From Patescibacteria group bacterium (GTDB lineage Bacteria; Patescibacteriota; Patescibacteriia; Magasanikbacterales; GWA2-37-8), in assembly GCA_038056955.1 (NCBI GenBank), contig JBBUEJ010000046.1, positions 1-34,396 on the forward strand: a stretch of 34,396 nucleotides of DNA. The letters run 5' to 3'. Shown piece after piece: positions 7,976 through 15,847 of this stretch; positions within the stretch are counted from its first letter, which is position 1; every line of letters begins with the position of its first letter. The position numbers and the translations under genes were made by a program. A model generated the notes under the pieces. It made no database searches. It saw nothing but the letters and a program-made list of their open reading frames with translations, and was not told the DNA's origin.

Positions 7976-8236
7976 CTATTCTTTAAATTGCGGACAACCC
8001 AGCTGCTTCCTCGGCCAATGCCATCCGGGCATACCTGTCCCTGTAGAAAACGGCATATTCAAAAGTCTGTAAAGTGTCTCCCCATCTTTTTTGGGCGCCA
8101 CAAGCAGACAGTCACTATTATCGTAGACTTCTATGACCACCGCGCTGGTGTGCTTCCGTTTACCCTTCACTTCGAAAAAACAACACACCATGTCACCAAC
8201 AAAAGGTTTCCGAAAGTTCATCTCATCTGTAGTCAT
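7976..8236 (-). CDS. Hypothetical 86-aa protein (first gene of the small cassette), possibly a small beta-barrel fold
   Basis: Start chosen at ATG 8236 (MTTDEMNFRKPFVGDMV...), which is preceded by a perfect AGGAGG 6 nt upstream. The longer listed ORF (to 8422) adds an R/W/C-rich stretch that looks non-coding. Confidence 0.55.
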   Translation of the reverse strand: MTTDEMNFRKPFVGDMVCCFFEVKGKRKHTSAVVIEVYDNSDCLLVAPKKDGETLYRLLNMPFSTGTGMPGWHWPRKQLGCPQFKE

Positions 8237-8289
8237 GATTTTCCTCCTGATTATCAGTCTACAGTAAAGTGGTGAGTTGGTCAACCGTC

Positions 8290-8319
8290 TTCTACCTTTT
8301 GTGCAGACAAAAGGTAGAA
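8290..8319. repeat. Perfect 13-bp inverted repeat (TTCTACCTTTTGT-gcag-ACAAAAGGTAGAA)
   Basis: Arms at 8290-8302 and 8307-8319 are exact reverse complements with a 4-nt loop. No T run follows on either strand. The right arm recurs at 10603-10615. Confidence 0.85.
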
Positions 8320-8484
8320 CCCAAAGCTGGCGAGCGGTGGAAACTCTCGGATAATTTAGGACTCGTTTTCGGTTAATTTTCAAAACTCGCCAGATTTTTA
8401 TGCCGATGGCAGTTCGAGACAAACGTCCATCGCTCGGCGAGTTTTTCCTACGCTTTTTGCTCGCTCAAAAAGCGTTAAAAAGTT

Positions 8485-9579
8485 CTAATACTTCTTCACC
8501 ATCATACTCTCCAAAATTCCAACGAGTAACAAATTTATAACCAAAGAAGAACCGCCATAACTGACAAAAGGCAAAGTTACGCCGGTAATGGGCAAAAGTC
8601 CAAGATTCGCGCCCACATTAGTAAATAATTGCGCGAAAAACAAAATTAAAATACCCGTGGCGGTGGCGGCCACAAAATCGTCGTCGGATTTTTGAATTAT
8701 TAACAACAAACGCCAAAATACCAGCGCGAATAAAATCAACATCGCCACTACTCCGGCCAAACCCAGCTCTTCGCCAATAACCGAAAAAACAAAGTCAGTC
8801 TGCGCTTCCGGCAAAAAGCGCAGCTGGCTTTGCGAACCAAATCCCAAGCCGCGGCCGAATAATTTTCCGGCGCCAACCGCAATAATAGATTGATTTATAT
8901 TATAGCCACTATACAGCGGATCCCGGCCGGGATTAATAAAGTTGGTCAGACGATCTTTTTGATAAGGTTTTAAGAAAAAAAACCAGCTGGTAACTGCCAA
9001 AACTATTATGCCGGTCGTAAGTAAAACTAAAAAAAGCCGGCGCGCGCCCACTGCCCACACCATGCCAAACCAAATGGCGCCCAAGAGCACGGCCGAACCC
9101 AAATCCGGCTGCAACATGGTGAGAACTAAAAATAAAAAAGCGACAATGCCCGTACCAAAGAAAAATAAAGGCCGGTCAAAGCGGCGGCCAAAACGGGAAA
9201 TTATATACGCCATCATTAAAATCAAACCGACTTTGGCCATTTCCACCGGCTGAAAAGAATGTCCGGCTAAAGAAAACCAGCCTTTGGTGCCGCGGAAAGT
9301 TTGTCCAAAAATCAAAACCAAGCTCAACAACAACAAAGAAAACAAATACCACCACTTGGCCAAATAACGCCAAAAGGTATACTGGCTGGTAGCGGCCACA
9401 AATAAAAATACCAAACCAATGCTTAGCGCCAGTAATTGTTTTTTGAAATAAAATAAAGCCGAACCGCGCGATAAATCAACGCTATAAACCGTGGCCAATC
9501 CCATCAGAACAAGCAAAAAAACGGCCGTAAAAAGCGGCCAGTCAAAACTGCGCGGGGATAATTTTTGGAGATTTAGCAT
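8485..9579 (-). CDS. SEDS-family peptidoglycan glycosyltransferase (RodA/FtsW)
   Basis: Ten-TM-like profile with the conserved C-terminal block SQLRFLPEAQTDFVFSVIGEELGLAG and PITGVTLPFVSYGGSS. Confidence 0.9.
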   Translation of the reverse strand: MLNLQKLSPRSFDWPLFTAVFLLVLMGLATVYSVDLSRGSALFYFKKQLLALSIGLVFLFVAATSQYTFWRYLAKWWYLFSLLLLSLVLIFGQTFRGTKGWFSLAGHSFQPVEMAKVGLILMMAYIISRFGRRFDRPLFFFGTGIVAFLFLVLTMLQPDLGSAVLLGAIWFGMVWAVGARRLFLVLLTTGIIVLAVTSWFFFLKPYQKDRLTNFINPGRDPLYSGYNINQSIIAVGAGKLFGRGLGFGSQSQLRFLPEAQTDFVFSVIGEELGLAGVVAMLILFALVFWRLLLIIQKSDDDFVAATATGILILFFAQLFTNVGANLGLLPITGVTLPFVSYGGSSLVINLLLVGILESMMVKKY

Positions 9580-9586
9580 ATTATTT

Positions 9587-10558
9587 CTAAATTCCTCCGG
9601 TGGGAGAAGACATTAGAAAGACCGAGTCATCGTAAATATTAATAATGGGATAAAGCGCGATTTCGGTTATGCTTAAGCCCGCGGCAAAATTACGAAGGTC
9701 AATATTTTTTGTTTCCAAAGAATTTATAAAATCCAAATGCAGGGGAAGAATACCAACCATCTGTCCGTTTTGCAACAGCGCCACATAAAAATCGGTATTT
9801 ACATAACTGTACGGGCTGGCATTGGTAAGTTTAAATTGCAAAGCATCCGTGTTCTGCCCTTCCTGCGCCAATGATTTTAGAAAAACAAAATCACTCACTT
9901 GAAAGTTTAGCCTTTCAGCCTGCCAACTGCCAGTGTCGGAAATTTGGTGCGCCGAAATACGTTCGTATTTTATATTTTCCAAAACAATTATGGGCGCGCC
10001 GTCGGCTCCGTCTTTGATTCCCAAATGAGCTACCGGCCGGCTAGTTCCGGGCAGCAAGAAAGTTTTTTGGGACGGTGTTTTGGCGCCGTTAATAACAAAA
10101 TAATAATCAAACTTGGCCAGAAATCTGTTATTGGGATTTATTAGTTCCGCCACGGCATCGTATTTATTTTCCCGGCTGGAAAAAATCTGCGTATTCACAG
10201 CCTGAATCGGCTGGGCGCTATAACGCGGATGAATGCCCGTATAATTTATGGAAGCGGACAAACTGGCTTGCACGCGCTGAGAATCCTGCCAGCCCAACAA
10301 ATAACTCCCCCATTTCCAAAGACCAAAAATTAAAAAAATAACGTCTATGCTAACGAGGCTGATAACTAAAATTCTATAAAGCAGGGCTTTGTGTTTTACA
10401 TACCAAAAACTCCATTTTAATTCTTGGGAAGTAAATTCTTTGGTGGGGTCTGTATATTTTGTAAAATCGTTTTTACCGGCAGAAACAACAGGCGCGCTTG
10501 GCGGTGGCGTTAGCATTTTACTGCCGTTGTGGTTGTTTGGATTAAAAATGTTGAGCAT
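9587..10558 (-). CDS. Hypothetical single-pass membrane protein immediately upstream of the SEDS gene
   Basis: 323-aa ORF with one TM (LLYRILVISLVSIDVIFLIFGLW) and an extracytoplasmic domain of about 230 aa. It stops 7 nt before the SEDS start. No family recognised. Confidence 0.6.
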   Translation of the reverse strand: MLNIFNPNNHNGSKMLTPPPSAPVVSAGKNDFTKYTDPTKEFTSQELKWSFWYVKHKALLYRILVISLVSIDVIFLIFGLWKWGSYLLGWQDSQRVQASLSASINYTGIHPRYSAQPIQAVNTQIFSSRENKYDAVAELINPNNRFLAKFDYYFVINGAKTPSQKTFLLPGTSRPVAHLGIKDGADGAPIIVLENIKYERISAHQISDTGSWQAERLNFQVSDFVFLKSLAQEGQNTDALQFKLTNASPYSYVNTDFYVALLQNGQMVGILPLHLDFINSLETKNIDLRNFAAGLSITEIALYPIINIYDDSVFLMSSPTGGI

Positions 10559-10587
10559 AACATTTATATTATATCACAAAAAACCCC

Positions 10588-10615
10588 TTTACGCTTTTGG
10601 TTACAAAAGGTAGAA
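10588..10615. repeat. Degenerate second copy of the 8290-8319 palindrome
   Basis: tttacgcttttgg-tt-ACAAAAGGTAGAA: the right arm is identical over 13 nt and the left arm matches 9 of 13. It lies about 40-65 nt upstream of the TGaTATAAT extended -10 that drives the 10558 gene on the minus strand. Confidence 0.6.
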
Positions 10616-10658
10616 GAAAAATGATTATAAAAAAAGTGTGCTATCCTTATTTTTCCCC

Positions 10659-10687
10659 TTGCATAATTCCCAATAAAATGATAAAAT
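10659..10687 (+). promoter_or_regulatory. Candidate promoter for the MBL-fold gene (TTGCAT-17-TGaTAAAAT)
   Basis: TTGCAT at 10659-10664, a 17-nt spacer, and TAAAAT at 10682-10687 preceded by TG. It predicts a leader of about 75 nt with two small hairpins (gccgcgt/acgcggc and atgattt/aaatcat). Confidence 0.5.
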
Positions 10688-10768
10688 ATCCTTGTTCGGA
10701 GGGTTTTAAATTACTTAAATTCGCCGCGTTTCAAAAGACGGTACGCGGCATGATTTCGTTAAAATCAT

Positions 10769-11383
10769 ATGCATATAAGCTGGCTAGGGCAGACCTGTAT
10801 CAAACTGCAAACCAAAAATTTAGATAAAGACGTCGTCATAATATTGGACGCCTACAAACCAAAAACCGGAGAATTTCCGCGCAGTTTCAGCCCCAATGTG
10901 GCGCTGTTTTCGGATGGACAAGAAAACGCAGCCACGCTTTCCCAAGACCCTTTTGTAGTAAGTTCTTTGGGCGAAATAGAGGTGAAAAACGTAATGATAT
11001 ACGCCGTACCTGGACCGGAAGGAAGCGTGATTTACAAACTAAACGGCGAAAGCCTGACCTTGGTTCATTTGGGCCGACTGAAAAAAACACTGGATAATGC
11101 CGAGATGGAAAAAATCTTAAGCCCGGATATTTTATTTATTCCGGTGGGCGGCGGATCAAATTACTTAAACGCCAAAGAGGCGGCCGCTTTGGCCACAGCG
11201 CTGGAACCGCGCATAATAATTCCCATGGCCTACCATTGCGATACTGATCCGGACGCGGCGCCGGTAACGGCTTTTATAAAAGAACTGGGCATAAAACCGG
11301 AAGCCACGGAGAAAAAAGTTATCATCAAGAAAAAAGATTTACCGCAAGAAGAAACAAAACTTATTGTTTTAGAAAAAGAATAA
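10769..11383 (+). CDS. MBL-fold (beta-lactamase-like) hydrolase family protein, UPF0173-like, with a degenerate metal motif
   Basis: MHISWLGQTCIKLQTK..VIILDAY resembles the MxITWLGHSxF start of small MBL-fold proteins. I could not find a clear HxHxDH motif. Confidence 0.55.
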   Translation: MHISWLGQTCIKLQTKNLDKDVVIILDAYKPKTGEFPRSFSPNVALFSDGQENAATLSQDPFVVSSLGEIEVKNVMIYAVPGPEGSVIYKLNGESLTLVHLGRLKKTLDNAEMEKILSPDILFIPVGGGSNYLNAKEAAALATALEPRIIIPMAYHCDTDPDAAPVTAFIKELGIKPEATEKKVIIKKKDLPQEETKLIVLEKE

Positions 11384-11384
11384 T

Positions 11385-11726
11385 ATGCTCGAGCCTTACC
11401 AAGAAAACCGAGCCGCAAAAATGTGGCTTTGGATTGGCGTGAGTATTATCACCGCCATAATTCTAGTACTATGGGGCTGGGCCACCAGCATTAGCCTATC
11501 CTCGTTTAGCTGGGACAAAACTCCAGAGAAAAAACTGGTGGAAAAAAGCCAGAGCGATTGGGATACATTATTTAATAACGAACAGGCGCGGATAAAAAAC
11601 GAACAGATGAAATCACAAATTAAAAATATACTTAATACGATTGTCGCCGAAGTAAATTCAACCAGCACAACCACATCCACAATAAATATTACCACTAGCA
11701 CTTCAACCATAAATTCAAGCACATAA
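11385..11726 (+). CDS. Hypothetical membrane-anchored protein with a Ser/Thr-rich tail
   Basis: 113-aa ORF with one TM (MWLWIGVSIITAIILVLWGW) and the tail NSTSTTTSTINITTSTSTINSST. It is tightly packed between the MBL gene and gyrA. Confidence 0.5.
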   Translation: MLEPYQENRAAKMWLWIGVSIITAIILVLWGWATSISLSSFSWDKTPEKKLVEKSQSDWDTLFNNEQARIKNEQMKSQIKNILNTIVAEVNSTSTTTSTINITTSTSTINSST

Positions 11727-11730
11727 TAAT

Positions 11731-14196
11731 ATGCAAGAAAAAATAGAATTACCCGGTCAAGAAATCGGTTTAATCACGCCGGCATCGCTGGTAGAAGAAA
11801 TGCAAACCTCGTATTTGGAATACGCCATGAGCGTAATTGTGGCTCGCGCCCTGCCCGATGTCCGAGACGGCCTAAAACCGGTACACCGACGCGTGCTTTA
11901 CGCCATGTGGAACATTGGTTTGCGCCATACGGCAAAATTCCGCAAATCGGCTCACGTCATCGGTGAGGTGATGGCCAAATACCACCCGCACGGCGATGCT
12001 TCTATTTACGATGCCATGGTGCGTATGGCCCAGGATTTTTCCATGCGTTATCCGCTGGTGCACGGCCAGGGTAACTTTGGCTCTATGGACGGCGACAATG
12101 CCGCGGCCATGCGCTACACTGAAGCCAAACTCACGGCCGTAGCCGAAGAAATGCTGTTTGATATAGAAAAAGACACGGTCAATTTTATTCCCAACTACGA
12201 CGGCTCGCACGAAGAGCCAACGGTTTTACCATCCAAACTGCCAAACTTGCTCCTAAACGGCACTATGGGTATTGCCGTGGGTATGGCCACTTCTATTCCT
12301 CCGCACAATCTGTCGGAGCTCTGCGACGGCTTAAACAAACTTATTGAAGAGCCGGACACCAGCGTGGAAGAATTGGCCGAGGTCATAAAGGGTCCGGATT
12401 TCCCTACCGGCGGCATTATTTATAATAAAAAAGATATTTTAGCCGCTTACTCCACCGGCAAAGGCGGAATTGTGATGCGCGCCAAAGCGGAAATCCAGGA
12501 AGGAAAATCGGATCAGTTTAAAATTGTCATTACCGAAGTTCCCTACAACACCAACAAAGCCACCCTGCTGGAAAAAATTGCCGACTTGGTGCAGGAGAAA
12601 AAAATAGAGGGCATTAAAGACTTGCGCGACGAATCTAATAAAGACGGCGTGCGCATTGTCGCTGATTTAAAAAAAGACGCCTATCCAAAAAAAGTTCTCA
12701 ACAAATTATTCCAAATGACCGAACTGCAAACGACCTTTCACGTCAACATGCTAGCCTTAATAGACGGCATTCAACCGCGGGTGCTAACAATCAAAAACAT
12801 TTTGGAAGAATTTATTAAACACCGCCAAGTAATTATCCGGCGCCGCACCGAATTTGATTTGAATAAAGCGAAAGAACGAGCTCACATTTTAGAGGGTTTG
12901 AGCGTGGCGCTGGACAAAATAGACATGGTAATCAAAACTATCCGCGCTTCCAAAGACAAAGACGAGGCCAAAATAAATTTAATGTCCAAATTTAAATTCA
13001 CGGATAAACAAGCCGTGGCTATTTTGGAAATGAAACTGCAACAACTGGCCAACTTGGAACGGCAAAAAATTGAAGACGAATTAAAAGAGAAAAAAGCGCT
13101 GATAAAAGAATTGGAATCTATTTTGGCTTCCAAATCAAGGGTCATGAAAATTATTAAAGACGAAACTTACTCCATAAAAGAAAAGTACGGCCAGGACAGA
13201 CGCACGCAAATTGTGGCCGGCGGCATCAAGGAATTTACAGTAGAAGATTTGGTGCCAAACGAACCGACTATCATTATGATTACTACCGACGGCTACATAA
13301 AAAGACTGCCCCCCGACACCTTCCATCAGCAATCGCGCGGCGGCAAAGGCGTTATCGGCGTTACCACCAAAGACGAAGACAGCGTGGAAAATCTGCTTAC
13401 CACCAATACCCACGACAATATTTTATTCTTCACCAATCGCGGCCGCGTTTTCCAGCTGATGGCCTACGACATCCCCCAAGGCAGCCGCACGGCCAAAGGC
13501 CAGGCGCTGGTAAACTTTTTACAATTGGCGCCCAACGAAAAAGTTACCGCGCTTCTGGGTATGAGCGACCTAAACAAAATCAAATATCTGGTTATGGTCA
13601 CCATGCGCGGCAATATCAAAAAAACCGCCGTGGAAGATTTTGCCAACGTGCGCCGCAGCGGTCTTATTTCCATCAAATTAAAACCAGATGATAATTTGGA
13701 ATGGGTTAAACCCAGCAATGGCACCGATGAAATTATGATTGCCACCAAACAAGGCCAGGCCATTCGCTTCAAAGAAAAAGATGTCCGCGAAATGGGACGC
13801 ACGGCCGGCGGAGTGCGCGGCATCCGCCTCAAAGGAACGGACGAAGTAATCGGCATGGATATTGTGGACCCGAAAAACAAAAGCCTGGCATTTTTAACCG
13901 TAGGCGAAAACGGCGTGGGCAAACGCACTGAACTGGATGAATACAAAGTGCAGGGCCGCGGCGGCAGTGGTGTCAAAACAGCCGAAATTACCGCCAAGAC
14001 TGGCAATCTTACTTTTGCCAAAGTGGTTGACGCGGTGGAATTAAAAGAAAAAGACTTGTTAATTATGTCGGCCAAAGGCCAGGTTATCCGCCTTCCGTTT
14101 GGATCTATCAATTCCTCCGGCCGGGCCACCCAAGGCGTGCGCCTGATGCGGTTTAAAGAAGAAGGCGATAAGGTTTCCAGTGTGACTTTGTTGTAA
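11731..14196 (+). CDS. gyrA: DNA gyrase subunit A
   Basis: Canonical N-terminal block [70 protein letters not shown] (catalytic Tyr context). C-terminal beta-pinwheel repeats are present. Confidence 0.97.
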   Translation: MQEKIELPGQEIGLITPASLVEEMQTSYLEYAMSVIVARALPDVRDGLKPVHRRVLYAMWNIGLRHTAKFRKSAHVIGEVMAKYHPHGDASIYDAMVRMAQDFSMRYPLVHGQGNFGSMDGDNAAAMRYTEAKLTAVAEEMLFDIEKDTVNFIPNYDGSHEEPTVLPSKLPNLLLNGTMGIAVGMATSIPPHNLSELCDGLNKLIEEPDTSVEELAEVIKGPDFPTGGIIYNKKDILAAYSTGKGGIVMRAKAEIQEGKSDQFKIVITEVPYNTNKATLLEKIADLVQEKKIEGIKDLRDESNKDGVRIVADLKKDAYPKKVLNKLFQMTELQTTFHVNMLALIDGIQPRVLTIKNILEEFIKHRQVIIRRRTEFDLNKAKERAHILEGLSVALDKIDMVIKTIRASKDKDEAKINLMSKFKFTDKQAVAILEMKLQQLANLERQKIEDELKEKKALIKELESILASKSRVMKIIKDETYSIKEKYGQDRRTQIVAGGIKEFTVEDLVPNEPTIIMITTDGYIKRLPPDTFHQQSRGGKGVIGVTTKDEDSVENLLTTNTHDNILFFTNRGRVFQLMAYDIPQGSRTAKGQALVNFLQLAPNEKVTALLGMSDLNKIKYLVMVTMRGNIKKTAVEDFANVRRSGLISIKLKPDDNLEWVKPSNGTDEIMIATKQGQAIRFKEKDVREMGRTAGGVRGIRLKGTDEVIGMDIVDPKNKSLAFLTVGENGVGKRTELDEYKVQGRGGSGVKTAEITAKTGNLTFAKVVDAVELKEKDLLIMSAKGQVIRLPFGSINSSGRATQGVRLMRFKEEGDKVSSVTLL

Positions 14197-14212
14197 AAAA
14201 TAAAACTAAAAC

Positions 14213-14246
14213 AAAAAACCACCTCGAGATGCGGGGTGGTTTTTTG
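14213..14246. terminator. Bidirectional rho-independent terminator (gyrA on +, tRNA cluster on -)
   Basis: aaaaaaccacc-tcgagatgcgg-ggtggttttttg: an A run before the stem and a T run after it. Confidence 0.7.
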
Positions 14247-14261
14247 TTGGGTATTACCAAG

Positions 14262-14333
14262 TGTGATAGAGAGGATTTGAACCCCTACTGCTGGTACCAC
14301 AAACCAGCGTGCTGACTGTTACACTACTATCAC
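14262..14333 (-). tRNA. tRNA-His (anticodon GTG), A73, no genome-encoded G-1, no encoded CCA
   Basis: Minus strand: GTGATAG TA GTGT AACAGTCA GCAC G CTGGT TTGTGGT ACCAG CAGT AGGGG TTCAAAT CCTCT CTATCAC A. Perfect acceptor and anticodon stems. The base 5' of G1 is A (14334). Confidence 0.85.
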
Positions 14334-14339
14334 TCACCG

Positions 14340-14411
14340 TGCTCCCGACCGGAGTCGAACCGGTATCTTCAGCATAGGAGACCGTTAGTCTATCCTTTAA
14401 CCTACGGGAGC
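14340..14411 (-). tRNA. tRNA-Arg (anticodon CCT)
   Basis: Minus strand: GCTCCCG TA GGTT AAAGGATA GACT A ACGGT CTCCTAT GCTGA AGAT ACCGG TTCGACT CCGGT CGGGAGC A. Acceptor and T arms are perfect. The anticodon stem is weak (one A.A mismatch and two G.U pairs). Confidence 0.75.
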
Positions 14412-14415
14412 CCAG

Positions 14416-14487
14416 TGCCCTCGGTTGGAATTGAACCAACTCCATCTGGCTTTTCAGACCAGCACTCTACCGATGAGTTACGAGGGC
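14416..14487 (-). tRNA. tRNA-Phe (anticodon GAA)
   Basis: Minus strand: GCCCTCG TA ACTC ATCGGTA GAGT G CTGGT CTGAAAA GCCAG ATGGA GTTGG TTCAATT CCAAC CGAGGGC A. No encoded CCA. Confidence 0.9.
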
Positions 14488-14679
14488 GTTATCTGCCCTC
14501 GTGTAATGTATTATTTACTAACGAAGACAGGAAAAAACATAAATTCACCACATCTAAAATGGCATCTGTGATTAAAATTATGACTTTTCCTGTTTATACA
14601 AAACATAGTGACAATATTATAGTTCTTACCCGAAGAAAGTCGGTAAAAATTTCCTAGTTACTCCTAGTAGCCCTAAATT

Positions 14680-14875
14680 AAAAACTCCTGGGCGGACGCG
14701 CCTCTCCACCATCGGATTGTACTTCTCAAATTGAAAAGCAGGGAACCCGGCAGACTGCGCTTTCTGACCTTCAGGGTTTTTAGTCTAGACAGAAGCGGCG
14801 TTCCCTCTGGGGCGCCGATGGTATCCCCCATTAAACCAGAGAGGGTGTCTAGCGATAAGGATACCAGGCTTCTTA
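14680..14875 (-). ncRNA. Candidate structured non-coding RNA of about 195 nt, family unassigned
   Basis: A GC-rich block in an AT-rich intergenic region, starting 6-8 nt downstream of a near-consensus promoter. The predicted 5' end (uuaagaagccugg) pairs with the 3' end (ccaggaguuuuuaa), followed by a T run. Internal complementarities: ggtatcc/ggatacc, ccctct/agaggg (pseudoknot geometry), accatcgg/ccgatggt, agggaac(g)ccg/cgg+gttccct, agact/agtct, cttttc/gagaag. The overlapping listed ORFs start at TTG or look like translated non-coding sequence. Confidence 0.5.
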
Positions 14876-14880
14876 AATCT

Positions 14881-14909
14881 AAGATATCACAATCTAAAAA
14901 AATTGTCAA
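14881..14909 (-). promoter_or_regulatory. Near-consensus promoter (TTGACA-17-TGaTATCTT) driving the candidate ncRNA, and possibly the tRNA cluster
   Basis: Minus strand: TTGACA = 14909..14904, an exact 17-nt spacer, TATCTT = 14886..14881, with TG at the extended -10 position. Confidence 0.65.
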
Positions 14910-14973
14910 TCGAGTTTTTCATGAATTGGTTCGTGGTGAAATGCTATCACATTTCACTTTTGGCGGCAATAAT

Positions 14974-15789
14974 TTATTTAACTACACCTTTAACCATGTC
15001 GAAGACCTTGCTTAGGATATCGATTTCAATAGTTTCTTCTTTGTCCGGATGATTTGCAATACTTTCTCTAGGTGAAGTATAAATTTTGTTAATAACCCCA
15101 GTCATAAATTCAACTTTTTTAGTTTTATCCTCACTTTCATCAAATTCATCTGCTAATAACTGGCGGTAAGCCTCTAACGAGAGAGAAACGGCTGCTTTAA
15201 AGGCGTATTCCTCCAATAATTGTTTTTCTTTATTAAATTGACCGTGAAAGAAAAAAGCCGCATAAATAAAGGGGAAAGATAAAGTAAATTTTAAAAAGAA
15301 ATTTGGAGTAAGTGCTGGATTACTTTTTAATTCTAAAAAAACAAACAGGGCTACAAAAAACAGAATAATTATATCGGCAATTAACCACCTAAACAATTTT
15401 TTTATAGACCCTTCCAGTACCGATTTTCGGTCATTAAAAGTGTGCGAAAGAGAAGCGCCGGCGGCAATTCCTAATTGATTTTTTATTTCTTCCGCCAAAG
15501 CTTTATTTGTCTCTATTAATTTGTTAGTTGCTTCTTTTAAATCCTCGACCTCGCCTTTAATTTGCTGAACACTACTTTGGGTTTCATCAATATTCAAAAC
15601 AGTATTTTTTGCATGCTCTGCTTGGCTGGATACTTCAGCTAAATTTTTATTTACTTCGGCTATTGCAGAATTAATTTTACCTACCACTTGCTGTGACTCT
15701 GTAAAAAATTCATTCAGCTTAATCTTTTTTTGTTCTGCGTCTTTTATTATTTCAGTAATCTTCTTACCACCCCAAATTGCTTTAGACAT
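14974..15789 (-). CDS. Hypothetical protein: N-terminal coiled coil, two TM helices and a C-terminal helical region
   Basis: 271-aa ORF. Residues about 20-110 are heptad-like and Q/E/K/N-rich. TM helices: WLIADIIILFFVALFVFLEL and FFLKFTLSFPFIYAAFFFHG. Low-GC island gene. No family recognised with certainty. Confidence 0.7.
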   Translation of the reverse strand: MSKAIWGGKKITEIIKDAEQKKIKLNEFFTESQQVVGKINSAIAEVNKNLAEVSSQAEHAKNTVLNIDETQSSVQQIKGEVEDLKEATNKLIETNKALAEEIKNQLGIAAGASLSHTFNDRKSVLEGSIKKLFRWLIADIIILFFVALFVFLELKSNPALTPNFFLKFTLSFPFIYAAFFFHGQFNKEKQLLEEYAFKAAVSLSLEAYRQLLADEFDESEDKTKKVEFMTGVINKIYTSPRESIANHPDKEETIEIDILSKVFDMVKGVVK

Positions 15790-15847
15790 ATAAAAAATGA
15801 TAATTCCATATTAATTTTTTAAAAACTAGCGAGCAGGAACCTAATTA

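Noticed and set aside
8237-8422. N-terminal extension of the listed 148-aa ORF
   Set aside because: It is an R/W/C-rich translation of a region containing hairpins. An internal ATG at 8236 has a perfect AGGAGG. The extension is treated as a leader.
10597-10827. 76-aa ORF upstream of and overlapping the MBL-fold gene
   Set aside because: It spans the predicted promoter and leader hairpins and overlaps the better-supported 10769 start. It has no recognisable features.
13464-14300. Listed 278-aa ORF antisense to gyrA, running into the tRNA-His gene
   Set aside because: It lies entirely within the well-supported gyrA frame and tRNA sequence. Its composition is low-complexity and S/P/R-rich, typical of an antisense shadow ORF.
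14680-14875. Identity of the candidate ncRNA as tmRNA, RNase P RNA or SRP RNA
   Set aside because: No tRNA-like 3' domain or ..CCACCA end. No GGAAAGTCC or ACAGAA..CCGGCTTA P4 strands. No GGTCC-GNRA-GGAAGCAGC helix-8 motif. The length is also too short for tmRNA or RNase P. 6S RNA remains possible but cannot be established by eye.
14415-15015. Three listed ORFs (14415-14657 +, 14673-14909 -, 14731-15015 +) in the tRNA / ncRNA region
   Set aside because: They overlap tRNA genes or the promoter and structured GC-rich block. At least one starts at a TTG inside the -35 hexamer, and none has protein-like features.
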